The translations under genes were made by a program, and so were the position numbers. A stretch of DNA of 64,000 nucleotides, from positions 32,001 to 96,000 of the IMG/VR virus record IMGVR_UViG_3300028800_000002. The stretch is one strand, 5' to 3'. Position 1 is the stretch's first letter. Each line of letters starts with the position of its first letter. The DNA comes from a virus. Shown here piece by piece: positions 1 to 9,128 of the stretch. The notes under the pieces were generated by a model. The model was not told the DNA's origin. It worked only from the letters and a program-made list of their open reading frames with translations, and ran no database searches.

Positions 1-1
1 G

Positions 2-1213
2 GAGAACATCGTGCGCCGGGGGCGCGGGCGCGGCATTGGGATGACCCTTATTACTCAGCGCAGCGCCGTGGTCAATAAGGACGTGCTCACCCAAGTGGAA
101 ACGCTTTTTGTGATGCGTACGACGGGCCCGCAGGACATCAAAGCCATTGAGGGGTGGACTAAGTACCACGACTTTGGGCACGACTTGCTCAGCAAGCTGT
201 CGGGGCTTGAGGACGGGGAGGCCTACGTCTGGTCTCCGCATTTCCTCAAAACCAACAAGCGGTTCAAGTTCCGTATGAGCACTACCTTCGACTCTGGGGC
301 AACTCCCAAGAACTTGAAAGGTACGGCGGCTAGGAAAATAGCCACGCTGCGAGATGTCGACGTGGACAAGTTGAAGGGTCGCATCGAGGCCACTGTTGAA
401 AAGGTCAAGTTGGAAAACCCGGCGCTGCTGCGCGGGGAAGTAGCACGTTTGAAGCAGCAACAACTAGTCGACAATGCAGAAATACAACGTCTTCACACAG
501 AACTTTCAAAGGCAAAGCCACCAGTGGACCTCAAAGGGCTCAATGCCCTTATTGAGAAGTTGGCAGTTGCCTCCGAGAAGACCGAAGGTGCGGTGAACAA
601 GCTGCATGGGATGGTGAAGGCATCGCCCATGACATCGGGGCAGGTTGCTCGAGTAAAGGATGTCCCTTTGACCTATGCGCAGAGGGTACCAAGCAGGAAA
701 CCACTGGAATTGCCTGCGGGCGCGCGCACCGACGGGGAGTTCAAGCTGCAGGCTTGCCCGCGCAGCTTGCTCGAGGTTCTCGTAGTTCACTATCCCAAGT
801 CCCTGAAGGCCTCTGCGGTCTCCATTCTTTCGGGGTATTTGGTCAAAAGCAGCGGATTCCAGAATGGACTCTCAACGCTGCGGGTGGCCAAGTTGATCGT
901 GGGCAAAAGCGACGCCCTTACCGCCACGGAGCTTGGTTGCAGTGTGGCTGGAGAAGTTTCAGCTCTCCCATCTGGTAAGGATTTGCTCGAGTATTGGAAG
1001 AACAAGCTCGACAAGTGCCCAGCAACGCTGCTGCAGGTTATCTACGATGCAGGCGTAATGCGCGAGCAAGCAGTCGCAAAGAAATACATCGCGGAGCACG
1101 CTGGCTACTCAGAATCGAGTAGTGGATTTCAGAATGGGTTGAGCACATTGCGCACGCTTGAGCTCATTACTGGCTACAAGGAGATGAAGGCAGCCGATAC
1201 ATTTTACGATTGA
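2..1213 (+). CDS. HerA/FtsK-like ATPase, C-terminal part (5'-truncated), with coiled coil and two tandem wHTH-like repeats
   Basis: Frame is open from base 2. RGRGRGIGMTLITQR matches the HerA/FtsK arginine-finger and strand motif. Two copies of SSGFQNGLSTLR near the C-terminus. Confidence 0.75.
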   Translation, partial: ENIVRRGRGRGIGMTLITQRSAVVNKDVLTQVETLFVMRTTGPQDIKAIEGWTKYHDFGHDLLSKLSGLEDGEAYVWSPHFLKTNKRFKFRMSTTFDSGATPKNLKGTAARKIATLRDVDVDKLKGRIEATVEKVKLENPALLRGEVARLKQQQLVDNAEIQRLHTELSKAKPPVDLKGLNALIEKLAVASEKTEGAVNKLHGMVKASPMTSGQVARVKDVPLTYAQRVPSRKPLELPAGARTDGEFKLQACPRSLLEVLVVHYPKSLKASAVSILSGYLVKSSGFQNGLSTLRVAKLIVGKSDALTATELGCSVAGEVSALPSGKDLLEYWKNKLDKCPATLLQVIYDAGVMREQAVAKKYIAEHAGYSESSSGFQNGLSTLRTLELITGYKEMKAADTFYD

Positions 1214-1234
1214 TTTCAACAAAGGAGCAGTTAG

Positions 1235-1528
1235 ATGGAAAGTACAAAGGGCCCCTACCGAGGCCCACCTCCGTACTTATTACGAATCTCTAGCAGAGCA
1301 AATCCCAAGCACCGCACGATTGCTGGGGCTGCATTTCCGGTCAACTTCGGCCAATTCAATTTGGTGCTGAATCCTGGAGTAGTCCTCTCGTGGACCGACG
1401 ACGTCTGGGTTACACTAGTACCAACCAAAGATGTCGAACGAGAGCCAATGGACCCGGGATGTGCAAGTGATGGCGTCGATGCTGCGCCAACCTCAGGAGG
1501 GGGAAGAAGAGATGACTTCCCCCTCTGA
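1235..1528 (+). CDS. Small hypothetical protein, possibly OB-fold/SSB-like
   Basis: SD (GGAG) upstream. TIAGAAFPVNFGQFNLVLN resembles small phage beta-rich ssDNA-binding proteins; weak similarity. Confidence 0.4.
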   Translation: MESTKGPYRGPPPYLLRISSRANPKHRTIAGAAFPVNFGQFNLVLNPGVVLSWTDDVWVTLVPTKDVEREPMDPGCASDGVDAAPTSGGGRRDDFPL

Positions 1529-2144
1529 GTTGACCCCAACCTCCTCTAGTATCATGAGCCGGAGACCCCGTGTATTGCTTGACGTGGATGGGGTCATTGC
1601 GGATTTCGTGCAGTTGATGGTCAATGCTGTTCGGAATCTCAAGCTCAGCGATGTCCCCATAACTTGGCGTCCCGCGCATTGGGATGTAGCAAAGGAGTTG
1701 GGGCTTACCAGGAAGCAGGAAGACGCCGTTTACGATGTTCTTCGTCTCCCTGGGTCTGCGAACATGCTGCACCCGCTCCCTGGGGCGATACAAGGTGTGA
1801 AGAAGCTCGCGGGTTTGTTTGATGTGGCTTTTGTGACAACCCCATTGGATGGCGGCCAAACCTGGTGCTTCGACAGGATCGAGTGGCTTGTGCGGCACTT
1901 CGGTGAGGAGCTGGGTAACCGCTGGGTATTTACAGAGAACAAGTACTTGATCTACGGGGACTTCCTAGTTGACGACAAGCCTTCGCACTGCTTGGACTTC
2001 AAGAAGGCCTGGCCAGGAAGTGTCCCTCTTCGCTGGCTTGCCCCTGGTATGACAGTTCAGGATGGTATTGCTCACGTCAGTACTTGGCGCGAGGTAGAGT
2101 TTGCCGTTAGACGTTGGGGCAAACGGATGTCACTGGCTGTGTAA
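1512..2144 (+). CDS. 5'(3')-deoxyribonucleotidase, HAD superfamily (NT5C-like)
   Basis: HAD motif I LLDVDGVIADF, motif II VTTP, motif IV LVDDKP. Start moved to the ATG at 1512 behind a purine-rich SD. Confidence 0.88.
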   Translation: MTSPSELTPTSSSIMSRRPRVLLDVDGVIADFVQLMVNAVRNLKLSDVPITWRPAHWDVAKELGLTRKQEDAVYDVLRLPGSANMLHPLPGAIQGVKKLAGLFDVAFVTTPLDGGQTWCFDRIEWLVRHFGEELGNRWVFTENKYLIYGDFLVDDKPSHCLDFKKAWPGSVPLRWLAPGMTVQDGIAHVSTWREVEFAVRRWGKRMSLAV

Positions 2145-2153
2145 CTCGCTGAT

Positions 2154-2174
2154 GGCGCCCGCAGGGGCGCCTTT
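2154..2174 (+). terminator. Probable intrinsic terminator
   Basis: GGCGCCC-gcag-GGGCGCC followed by TTT, just after the nucleotidase stop. Confidence 0.6.
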
Positions 2175-2220
2175 AGCATAATTACTTGTTGTGAACTCCC
2201 ACCAGCAAACTTCGCTCGCG

Positions 2221-2247
2221 CCGAGGCAATAAGGGAGGTAAAGGAGA
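2221..2247 (+). promoter_or_regulatory. Variant copy of the phage promoter/RBS motif
   Basis: CCGAGGCAATAAGGGAGGTAAAGGAGA resembles CGGGAATAAGAAAGGTAGAAGGAGA at 10085-10117 (-); it ends 9 nt before the ATG at 2257. Confidence 0.5.
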
Positions 2248-2256
2248 CTAGCCAAT

Positions 2257-2721
2257 ATGGCCGCTAGGCGCCCTATTCTTTCGAAGTATCCTCATCTGCG
2301 CGCAGTGCTGCAAAATGATGCCAGGGCCAATGCCGAGTTCAATGCAGCGTTGAATGAGTGCTCCTCTCAAGAGTCTTCCTCTGCGGAGCTCAACCAAGCC
2401 TTGGAGGAACTAAGAAGATCAGAATCCAACTTGCAGGAGCAATTCAATAAGGCCACCTCCGCTGAAAGAACCTTAGAGAAGTCGATTCGCTTCATCCGTT
2501 TATTGGGGGAGTTACTCGAGGCGCAGACGAATTTTAGTCCTTACACAGAGGACTTGGCAGAGAAGAGAAAATACAACATTGAATTTAGCCCAGCGCAGAT
2601 TAGGCTAGCCCTTCGTTGGTATTGGGACGTTCTTGGGTCTGCGATGGAGAATTCAATTACCCGTTCTGTAGTTTTTGATCCAGCAGCGGAGCGCGAAGAT
2701 GACAATGATCCCACCCAATAG
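2257..2721 (+). CDS. Hypothetical coiled-coil protein
   Basis: SD GGAGA; heptad-like N-terminal half. Confidence 0.65.
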   Translation: MAARRPILSKYPHLRAVLQNDARANAEFNAALNECSSQESSSAELNQALEELRRSESNLQEQFNKATSAERTLEKSIRFIRLLGELLEAQTNFSPYTEDLAEKRKYNIEFSPAQIRLALRWYWDVLGSAMENSITRSVVFDPAAEREDDNDPTQ

Positions 2722-2998
2722 GCGCTTCTTACCAACCCCTAGCGGGCAACTAGTATGCATCGATCATCGGTGCTCCGCCGTTGTAGATGATGACTCTGTT
2801 GAGTTTGCTCGCAAGCTTCAAGAGGTTTTGAACTCATATACTCAAGATGGCTACACGATGCAGACGATGATCCCTCGAGATAAAGATCAGGGATTGGTGG
2901 TCGTCTTTCAGAGGGTGAGCCTGATGGATACTACTGAAACAGCACAAGGGGAGCGGTCGCCAGTCGTGGCTCCCCCATCACAAGGAACGAGGCATTGA
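2699..2998 (+). CDS. Hypothetical protein
   Basis: Tight packing with neighbours; no recognisable motif. Confidence 0.55.
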   Translation: MTMIPPNRRFLPTPSGQLVCIDHRCSAVVDDDSVEFARKLQEVLNSYTQDGYTMQTMIPRDKDQGLVVVFQRVSLMDTTETAQGERSPVVAPPSQGTRH

Positions 2999-2999
2999 C

Positions 3000-3590
3000 A
3001 TGGATGAGGCAGTTATAGCTAGTCAAATTGATCCGAGAATCAAAGAGCTGCGGCTCAAGGACATACAGCGTGAGCAGTGCGCGTGGTCATTGAGCAACTT
3101 CGGGGAGCAAACTACTGGAAGGATGGCCCTCGGCCTCATCGAAGAGTTGGGCGAGGTAGAAGAGGCTTGGGCAGAGGACAACACAGAGAAGCTCTTCGAC
3201 GCCATCGGCGATGTTGGCATTTACATGCTCAACTACTGCAACATCGTAAACTGGGATATTGCTAAGATTTTTGCTGCGCGCACCCCCTGTAACCCTGACG
3301 CTCAAAGATATCCACAACGTGTAACACCATTGATGCGGGCTATCGCCCACCATCAGCTCAAGGGAGAGCAGAATATCCGTGGTGGCAGCGCCCATCATGC
3401 AAGGCAAATGGAGCTAACGCTGTGCCATGTGCTGTATCAGATCGATCAGCTGTCGTATCGGGCCATGCCCTGTGGGGATTTCTTCACCATCTTGGATTCG
3501 GTTTGGGTAAAGGTCAGCAAGCGCGACTGGGTGAAGAACCCTGACAACGCGGATGTGGTGGCAGAGGAGCAGGAGATCAAAGATGCCTAA
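3000..3590 (+). CDS. MazG-like NTP pyrophosphohydrolase
   Basis: LGLIEELGEVEEA...LFDAIGDVGIYMLNYC matches the all-alpha NTP-PPase EExGE...DxxxY pattern. Confidence 0.8.
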   Translation: MDEAVIASQIDPRIKELRLKDIQREQCAWSLSNFGEQTTGRMALGLIEELGEVEEAWAEDNTEKLFDAIGDVGIYMLNYCNIVNWDIAKIFAARTPCNPDAQRYPQRVTPLMRAIAHHQLKGEQNIRGGSAHHARQMELTLCHVLYQIDQLSYRAMPCGDFFTILDSVWVKVSKRDWVKNPDNADVVAEEQEIKDA

Positions 3591-4338
3591 TGGAGGTATT
3601 CTCACAGGCCCTGAAATTCGAAATGCCATCTATGCAGGGGACATTGAAATTGACCCGCTTGTTGGCCTCGAAGAAGGGACCTACGTCAATCCTGCCTCGT
3701 ATGACCTGACCCTTGGCAATAGGGTAGCAGTCTACTCACGTGCAGTCTATGCAGTGCTAGGTGGCGCGCATCGGGAGACCGACTCTAGCTTCTCAGAGGA
3801 TGAGATGCAGCGCATTGAACTTTGCATGGGTAATAACTTGTATCCTGATCCAACTAGAGTGTTGGATTCCAAACTTGAGCAGCATGCGCTCGAATTTACT
3901 ATGTACCCAACTAATGGTTGGTGGCTCAAGCCGGGAATTGGCTACCTCATGCATACGGCGGAGCGCGTAACTACCAAACGGTACGTGCCAGTGCTGGATG
4001 GAAAGTCCTCGATTGGGCGGCTTTTTATCACGGCCCATATCACCGCCGGTTATGGGGACCCTGGCTTCGATGGGCAGTACACTCTCGAAGTGGTGGCGAC
4101 ACATCCGGTGCTTGTTTATCCGGGCATGCGATTCTGCCAGATTCGATTCCACACACCCGTTGGAGAGCTTCTTGAGTATGGACATCGAGGTCATTACACC
4201 GGCAAGGCGTCAATGGGCCCTGTACCGTCTATGGCGTATCTCCAATTCACCGAACAGAGCGGCGACTCAACTGGGATCAATGCTGCTCCGGCGTCAGTCA
4301 ATGCCTGTTGGTCTGGGAGAGGATGCCACAATGGCTGA
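3583..4338 (+). CDS. dcd: dCTP deaminase
   Basis: NPASYDL, GKSSIGR, TAGYGDPGFDGQYTLE, YPGMRFCQI motifs of the dCTP deaminase/trimeric dUTPase family. Confidence 0.88.
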   Translation: MPNGGILTGPEIRNAIYAGDIEIDPLVGLEEGTYVNPASYDLTLGNRVAVYSRAVYAVLGGAHRETDSSFSEDEMQRIELCMGNNLYPDPTRVLDSKLEQHALEFTMYPTNGWWLKPGIGYLMHTAERVTTKRYVPVLDGKSSIGRLFITAHITAGYGDPGFDGQYTLEVVATHPVLVYPGMRFCQIRFHTPVGELLEYGHRGHYTGKASMGPVPSMAYLQFTEQSGDSTGINAAPASVNACWSGRGCHNG

Positions 4339-4828
4339 AGATAATACTGTTGTAGTTGACCCATTCTTTAGTGCTAAGTTCTACGATTGCAAGGAGAGTG
4401 AGCAACTAAGCCACGACTCTGCTGAAGGAGCCATCGTGGACTTCTTCGAGGAATACAAAGAGGTTGGGGACGCTCTTGTTGCCGAGGTAGATGAGCGATG
4501 CCCACTCGAGGTCTCTGCGTATAACCATATCGCTATTACCGACGAAATGCTTCTTGATTGCGCGGAAGATGGGCTAGAGGCCGCTGCGGAGTCACTCAGC
4601 AACTATGAAGAGCTTTGGGATCCCGATGGTGATGGCCTTGAGATTACCAAGGAGCAATTGAAGGCTGTTGCTCCAAAGATGGTCGAGATTCTTCGAGAGT
4701 TGTTCAGTGGGGTAAAGGTCTGGGGTTGTGAGGTTGTTGCTACGCGCGAGTACAGCACGGAGGAGGTTGTAGCCATTCTTCGTGAGGATTCTCCGTCTAG
4801 GTTCCCGGAGGAATCCCCCAATGGCTAA
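4331..4828 (+). CDS. Acidic hypothetical protein
   Basis: True start probably the ATG at 4331 (MAEDNT...), overlapping the dcd stop; strongly D/E-rich. Confidence 0.65.
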   Translation: MAEDNTVVVDPFFSAKFYDCKESEQLSHDSAEGAIVDFFEEYKEVGDALVAEVDERCPLEVSAYNHIAITDEMLLDCAEDGLEAAAESLSNYEELWDPDGDGLEITKEQLKAVAPKMVEILRELFSGVKVWGCEVVATREYSTEEVVAILREDSPSRFPEESPNG

Positions 4829-5033
4829 AGTCGAATGCGCGGTTACATTCGACCAGGCCAAGAATGACCAAGGGAGGATGCAGGATTGCACCAAGGTGAC
4901 CTGCGGAAATTGTGGTCACACCACGCAGTCGTGGGGGACGGGCCCTGGTAGTGTGAAGCGCTGCCTCATGCTACTCAAGGAGGAGTGCCCTGAGGGCGAA
5001 TCCAACTTCTATGTAGGAGATGTTGATGACTAA
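4821..5033 (+). CDS. Small Cys-rich (Zn-ribbon-like) protein
   Basis: SD GGAGG; CGNCG plus further Cys. Confidence 0.6.
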   Translation: MAKVECAVTFDQAKNDQGRMQDCTKVTCGNCGHTTQSWGTGPGSVKRCLMLLKEECPEGESNFYVGDVDD

Positions 5034-5280
5034 GACGATTTGGGTAATGTGGAAGCCGGGGGAAGAACGCGTATACGCCATGGCGGTGCAGCCATCGGAG
5101 CCCTGGGCTACAAAGCAGAAGAAGGATGGATACTTCATCGCTAGCTTTGATGTTGAACTTCCAGACCCCACTGTAAGCCTGGTCGTGACGGGCCCGCTTC
5201 AAATGAGGGTGCACATCGCTGATCAGATTGTAGAGAGAATGCAGCCCTACCTGTCGCCCCCTGGTACAATCAGTACGTAA
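5026..5280 (+). CDS. Hypothetical protein
   Basis: SD GGAG; TAATG stop/start coupling with the next ORF. Confidence 0.55.
   Translation: MTKTIWVMWKPGEERVYAMAVQPSEPWATKQKKDGYFIASFDVELPDPTVSLVVTGPLQMRVHIADQIVERMQPYLSPPGTIST
5260..5272 (+). promoter_or_regulatory. Extended -10 promoter element (CCTGGTACAATCA)
   Basis: TG-G-TACAAT 9 nt before the ATG at 5280; the identical 13-mer recurs at 14521-14533. Confidence 0.6.
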
Positions 5281-5627
5281 TGCCGTCAGTCGCAAGCCCC
5301 TCTGCACAAGCCAACCAAGAGTCGGAAGGACTGGACTTGAACTTCCAGCTGCGGCTGGTCATCAACCAATCCTTGGGGGCTGTGCAGGGGAGGCAGGTGG
5401 CGGAGGCCTTCGCGGCCATTACTTATGAGGAGCTGGCTGACCAGCAGATAGAAAGAATTACTGGCGTTGGCACTACAACTAGGCCCAACGAGCTCGAACG
5501 GATCAACAAGATCGAGAGCGATATGCTGAATGCCGTTGCGCAAATCAGGAACATTCCTCCTGAAAAGTTCTTGATGAGCGATTCGTCACGGGACGTGAAC
5601 ACCCCGGTGGACCCTACTACTGAGTGA
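5280..5627 (+). CDS. Hypothetical protein
   Basis: ORF with plausible helical composition, directly behind an extended -10 element. Confidence 0.6.
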   Translation: MPSVASPSAQANQESEGLDLNFQLRLVINQSLGAVQGRQVAEAFAAITYEELADQQIERITGVGTTTRPNELERINKIESDMLNAVAQIRNIPPEKFLMSDSSRDVNTPVDPTTE

Positions 5628-5692
5628 ATGTGCCCTAGGCCACCACTCCGGTCTGCCTTTGCTCTTTACAAGCCCTCGTGCATAATGAGGGA

Positions 5693-6067
5693 ATGAGTGA
5701 CTCCAGTGCCCCTGTTCCCCCATGCAACAGCACGACGTGCAGGTGCTACCGAGAACAGTCTGATTTGACTCAGGAGCTGTTCAACAGCCCAGACCCGCAC
5801 ATTAGGATCATCGCGCACATGTCATCTCGGCAGCTATCGCTGGTTGAGTCCATGAACAATGTGCAGCTCACCCAACACGGGTTGATTCAAGCGGTAAATG
5901 GGCTTCGTGCAGACATGACAAAGGGGTTCAGGATCGTGGGCGAGCGCATATCGACGTTGCAGACTGATCATGGGGTAGTGGAAGAGGTGGTTGAGGAGGA
6001 CGATGAAGCACCTCAATCTGTAGCTGCCTCAATTGTCGGCACTATTCCGCCGAAGAGGCAACCGTAG
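5693..6067 (+). CDS. Hypothetical coiled-coil protein
   Basis: CATAAT 6 nt before the ATG; central heptad segment and acidic tail. Confidence 0.55.
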   Translation: MSDSSAPVPPCNSTTCRCYREQSDLTQELFNSPDPHIRIIAHMSSRQLSLVESMNNVQLTQHGLIQAVNGLRADMTKGFRIVGERISTLQTDHGVVEEVVEEDDEAPQSVAASIVGTIPPKRQP

Positions 6068-6137
6068 TCATGTAGTTTGTGACATCCGTACAGTTTTGGC
6101 GGATTGTCGTATGCTACAGTGTTTCGTGGAGGAGTTA

Positions 6138-6788
6138 GTGAGTAGTTGGAAAGCATTTGGTTGCTTCATTGCAGTGCTGTTGGCTTCATCGAAAGCTGGC
6201 GGGGAAGTTGACTGCCCCGATGGGATGGTACATGCACGCGGTAAGGTGTGCATAGACACCTATGAATGGCCCAATACTCCAGGGCATAGGCCGTTGGTAG
6301 GGGCTAGCGGTATTCCTGAAGGGGTGGGATCAGCCATAGATGCTGACATGCTTTGTCTCTCCGTAGGCAAACGCGTGTGCACTCGTGCGGAGTGGGTTTC
6401 AGCATGCCGTGGACCTGGCGGATCGAAATACCCCTATGGCCCAGAGTACAGAAGTGATGCGTGCAACACAGGCGCGCGATGGAAGGAGCTCGATACAAAA
6501 AAGGTAGCAAAGCGGGATTGGTACGAGCTAACGAAGCTCGATCAGAGTGTGCCGTCCGGCTCTTTTGAAAATTGCGTAAGCTGGGCAGGAGCTTACGATA
6601 TGGTCGGCAATGCCGAGGAATGGGTTCAGTGCGATGTTGGAGTTTATGGCTGGTGTTTGGCCGGAGGCTATTGGGCTTCTAAGAACGCCTCCTGCGACTA
6701 CGTAATTACAACGCACGCCCCGAACTGGCATTTCTATGAAACAGGCTTCAGATGCTGCTTGGATGCGGTAACTGATGAGGCCTGCTAG
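6138..6788 (+). CDS. Secreted FGE-sulfatase/SUMF1-fold (C-type-lectin-like) protein
   Basis: CPDGMV...CIDTYEWPN, RVCTRAEWVSAC, GAYDMVGNAEEW, GFRCC. Hydrophobic N-terminus. GTG start 5 nt after GGAGG. Confidence 0.85.
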   Translation: MSSWKAFGCFIAVLLASSKAGGEVDCPDGMVHARGKVCIDTYEWPNTPGHRPLVGASGIPEGVGSAIDADMLCLSVGKRVCTRAEWVSACRGPGGSKYPYGPEYRSDACNTGARWKELDTKKVAKRDWYELTKLDQSVPSGSFENCVSWAGAYDMVGNAEEWVQCDVGVYGWCLAGGYWASKNASCDYVITTHAPNWHFYETGFRCCLDAVTDEAC

Positions 6789-6801
6789 AGGAGTAGTTAC
6801 C

Positions 6802-7539
6802 ATGTTAGTACAAGCGTTGACCCCTTTGATTCTTGCCATGATTTTGCAGGAAGCCCCTAATGTCGCTAGAAACCCAAAGTTGCGTGATGACTTCGAAGCG
6901 GACATCACGGAAATGGTTTCTGTGCATGAGACGGTCTCTGATGGCCGCTTGATTGATGAGGGGTTTGACACATTGCTGCTTTCTGCAGTGAACTACAAAG
7001 AGAATCGCATGCGACTTCCTGCGCCCGACGGCGACTGCGGGATGCGTCACAAGTACAGCAATCTCCCAAGTGGTCAATGGCCCATCGGATACAAGCCTAA
7101 AGCCAAGGTGGTTTGTAATTCCGCAGGTCCCATGCAAATCAACAAAGGCTCCATTTACACGCTACCCGTTTGGGGTGAGATTCGCCATGAATTCCCAGAG
7201 CGCGGTTGGTTCGATGAGGCTCGTGGGAAATTGACAGGGGTGGATGCATTCACCAAGGATCAGTTGAATGATCCGGTAATCAATGTGCGAATTTCCTACG
7301 CCATCCTTCAGCATTGGAAGAATACCTGCTCCATGCCCAACGGAGATCCGGCGCCTATCGGCGTATGGCTAACAGCTTACCGTTACGGGAAATGCCCGGC
7401 AGTTAGCCATGGAAAGTACTACATTGACGCCGAGGCTAAACGTCGTTGTGGCATGGCAGTAGATTGGGCCAAGCAGTTGTCTTCTGACGACGATGGGGCT
7501 GCGTACACAGGGGCAAAAGAACCCCCGTGCACGTACTGA
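6802..7539 (+). CDS. Lysozyme-like/lytic transglycosylase-like protein
   Basis: N-terminal hydrophobic anchor; helix-ending YKEN (putative catalytic Glu), AGPMQIN, NVRISYAIL, LTAYRYG. Confidence 0.65.
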   Translation: MLVQALTPLILAMILQEAPNVARNPKLRDDFEADITEMVSVHETVSDGRLIDEGFDTLLLSAVNYKENRMRLPAPDGDCGMRHKYSNLPSGQWPIGYKPKAKVVCNSAGPMQINKGSIYTLPVWGEIRHEFPERGWFDEARGKLTGVDAFTKDQLNDPVINVRISYAILQHWKNTCSMPNGDPAPIGVWLTAYRYGKCPAVSHGKYYIDAEAKRRCGMAVDWAKQLSSDDDGAAYTGAKEPPCTY

Positions 7540-7551
7540 TATGATCGTTGC

Positions 7552-8241
7552 ATGACTGTCTCTACGTATGGTGTTGATGTCTCTGGCTATCAGCCTGACG
7601 GAAGAGTTCCGTGGTCTGACCCTAGGGTGGGGTACGGTATTGTAAAAGCCACGGAGAATGTTACGCGTTCGAAGGGGCTCGCATACCATGTGGCTGCCAT
7701 ACGAAAGGAGCAGGGTGCGAGAATGGCGGAGGCTGGGGATGCAGTTTTGCAGCTTGGCCTCTATCACTTCTTCCATGTGGAAAGCCCCGTGGCGCAGCAA
7801 TTGGCTGCCTTCAACTCCGCGGCCATTGACGTGGGTTACGGCATTGGCGACATCATCCCAGCGGTGGACTTGGAGAAGTACTCTACGCATGCGGTGACTC
7901 CCGCGTGGCGAGAAGGGTCTGAGGAGTTGTGCGCTGCACTGGCGCAGCGTTATGGCGGTTGCATGCCGTACATCAATGACTCTGTTTGGTATGCGATGGG
8001 TAAGCCAGCATGGGTGTTGAACTACGATCTCTGGGTTCCTCAGTACAACTACAACGGGAAGTTACCTCTATCTGAGTGCACGGCTTCTCCCAGGCCGGGG
8101 CTCCCCAGGCTTTGGCAAAATTACGTTGGTCCGATGTTCGGAGCAGTAACTGGCAAGCTACAGGAGAGTAATTCTCCCGTGGGTGTAGACCAGAACATGC
8201 TGTACGGTGAGTTCCAGTTGATCCTCTCGCTTGACAGCTAG
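7552..8241 (+). CDS. GH25 muramidase (endolysin)
   Basis: YGVDVSGYQ, VKATE, GLYHFF, AVDLE, WVPQY, LWQ, VDQN motifs. Confidence 0.9.
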   Translation: MTVSTYGVDVSGYQPDGRVPWSDPRVGYGIVKATENVTRSKGLAYHVAAIRKEQGARMAEAGDAVLQLGLYHFFHVESPVAQQLAAFNSAAIDVGYGIGDIIPAVDLEKYSTHAVTPAWREGSEELCAALAQRYGGCMPYINDSVWYAMGKPAWVLNYDLWVPQYNYNGKLPLSECTASPRPGLPRLWQNYVGPMFGAVTGKLQESNSPVGVDQNMLYGEFQLILSLDS

Positions 8242-8328
8242 TCGGGTGGGTTGTAACTTCTGCGGGCGTACTTGATTCTCGACTGCAGATTTGGCATTGT
8301 TCTCACGGATACGTTGAAGCGAAGCGAT

Positions 8329-8367
8329 GAGCAGCCTCCTGACACCACAGGGGGCTGTTCTTTTTTT
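8329..8367 (+). terminator. Intrinsic terminator
   Basis: GAGCAGCCTCCT/AGGGGGCTGTTC stem (with G-U pairs) followed by T7. Confidence 0.85.
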
Positions 8368-8393
8368 AGCTCCTTGTTGTGTTAGTATGAATC

Positions 8394-9050
8394 ATGCCCG
8401 TCGACTTCCAGGTCTGTTTTCCTCAGGAGACCGCGAAGATCAGTAAGGTCAGGACTGTCCCAGGGCTGGCCGTGCGCACGCTGGATATCTATGGCGATGA
8501 CTTCTTGGCAGCGGAGGATGTGCTGCTCAATCAGGTTTCAGTTCCATCGTTCATTGTGCTCAGTAAGAACCGGCTCTTGGCGGAGGTGCCGCAACTGCTG
8601 ATTTCTTCCACCATAACCTCAGTGATGGTTCTCAGTCGGCGTTTGCTGATCTCCTCGCGCAGCTACATTCGTTTCAATATCGGCCGAACTCCGAGCAAGA
8701 CACGCGGCATTTTGAAGTTGATGCAACTGTTCTTGAAGCTGCTGCTGACTACTCCGGGCTCCGACATCTTTGCCCCAAAGTCTGGAGGAGGGGCACTAGT
8801 GCATCTTGGGCAAAGCGTGAGCACTGACGAGGGGACTGATATCGTAGCCGACTTCATAGTAAGCGTAGATTCAACGGCTCGTCAAATAGTGCAAATACAA
8901 GGGCGCACTCAGTCAGCGCCGCCCGACGAGCGACTGCTGTCGGCGAAGGTCTTGTCGGCTGGATTCAACAAGAACGAGACAGCCATCGTGGTGAGTATTG
9001 AGTTGACCTCGCAGGCAGGTGTCAGCGCTGTTGCCCGCTTCACTGCCTAA
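8394..9050 (+). CDS. Probable baseplate protein (Ig-like N-terminus, gp25-like C-terminus)
   Basis: First gene of the structural run. LLLTTPGSDIFAPKSGG...ERLLSAKV...VSIELTS resembles the gp25/GPW family. Confidence 0.6.
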   Translation: MPVDFQVCFPQETAKISKVRTVPGLAVRTLDIYGDDFLAAEDVLLNQVSVPSFIVLSKNRLLAEVPQLLISSTITSVMVLSRRLLISSRSYIRFNIGRTPSKTRGILKLMQLFLKLLLTTPGSDIFAPKSGGGALVHLGQSVSTDEGTDIVADFIVSVDSTARQIVQIQGRTQSAPPDERLLSAKVLSAGFNKNETAIVVSIELTSQAGVSAVARFTA

Positions 9051-9063
9051 TGGGTAGCTAAAC

Positions 9064-9128
9064 AGTGCGCACGCCGCAAGGCGTGCCCTTGCCTGAGTGG
9101 CAACTTTCTCTTGCGAGACAACGCAGCT
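9064..9128 (-). ncRNA. Candidate structured small RNA (three hairpins plus closing stem)
   Basis: Hairpins at 9069-9086, 9089-9103 and 9107-9118, closable by 9064-9068/9123-9128. Promoter-like motifs on the - strand at 9128-9135 and 9170-9181. Confidence 0.35.

Noticed and set aside
6138-6788. Diversity-generating retroelement target (FGE-type C-lectin fold)
   Set aside because: No template repeat of the 3' end and no reverse transcriptase were seen in the window; cannot be excluded elsewhere in the genome.
9064-9128. tRNA gene
   Set aside because: Cloverleaf-like, but has no T-loop TTCRA, no D-loop GG and no 7-bp acceptor stem; kept only as an sRNA candidate.
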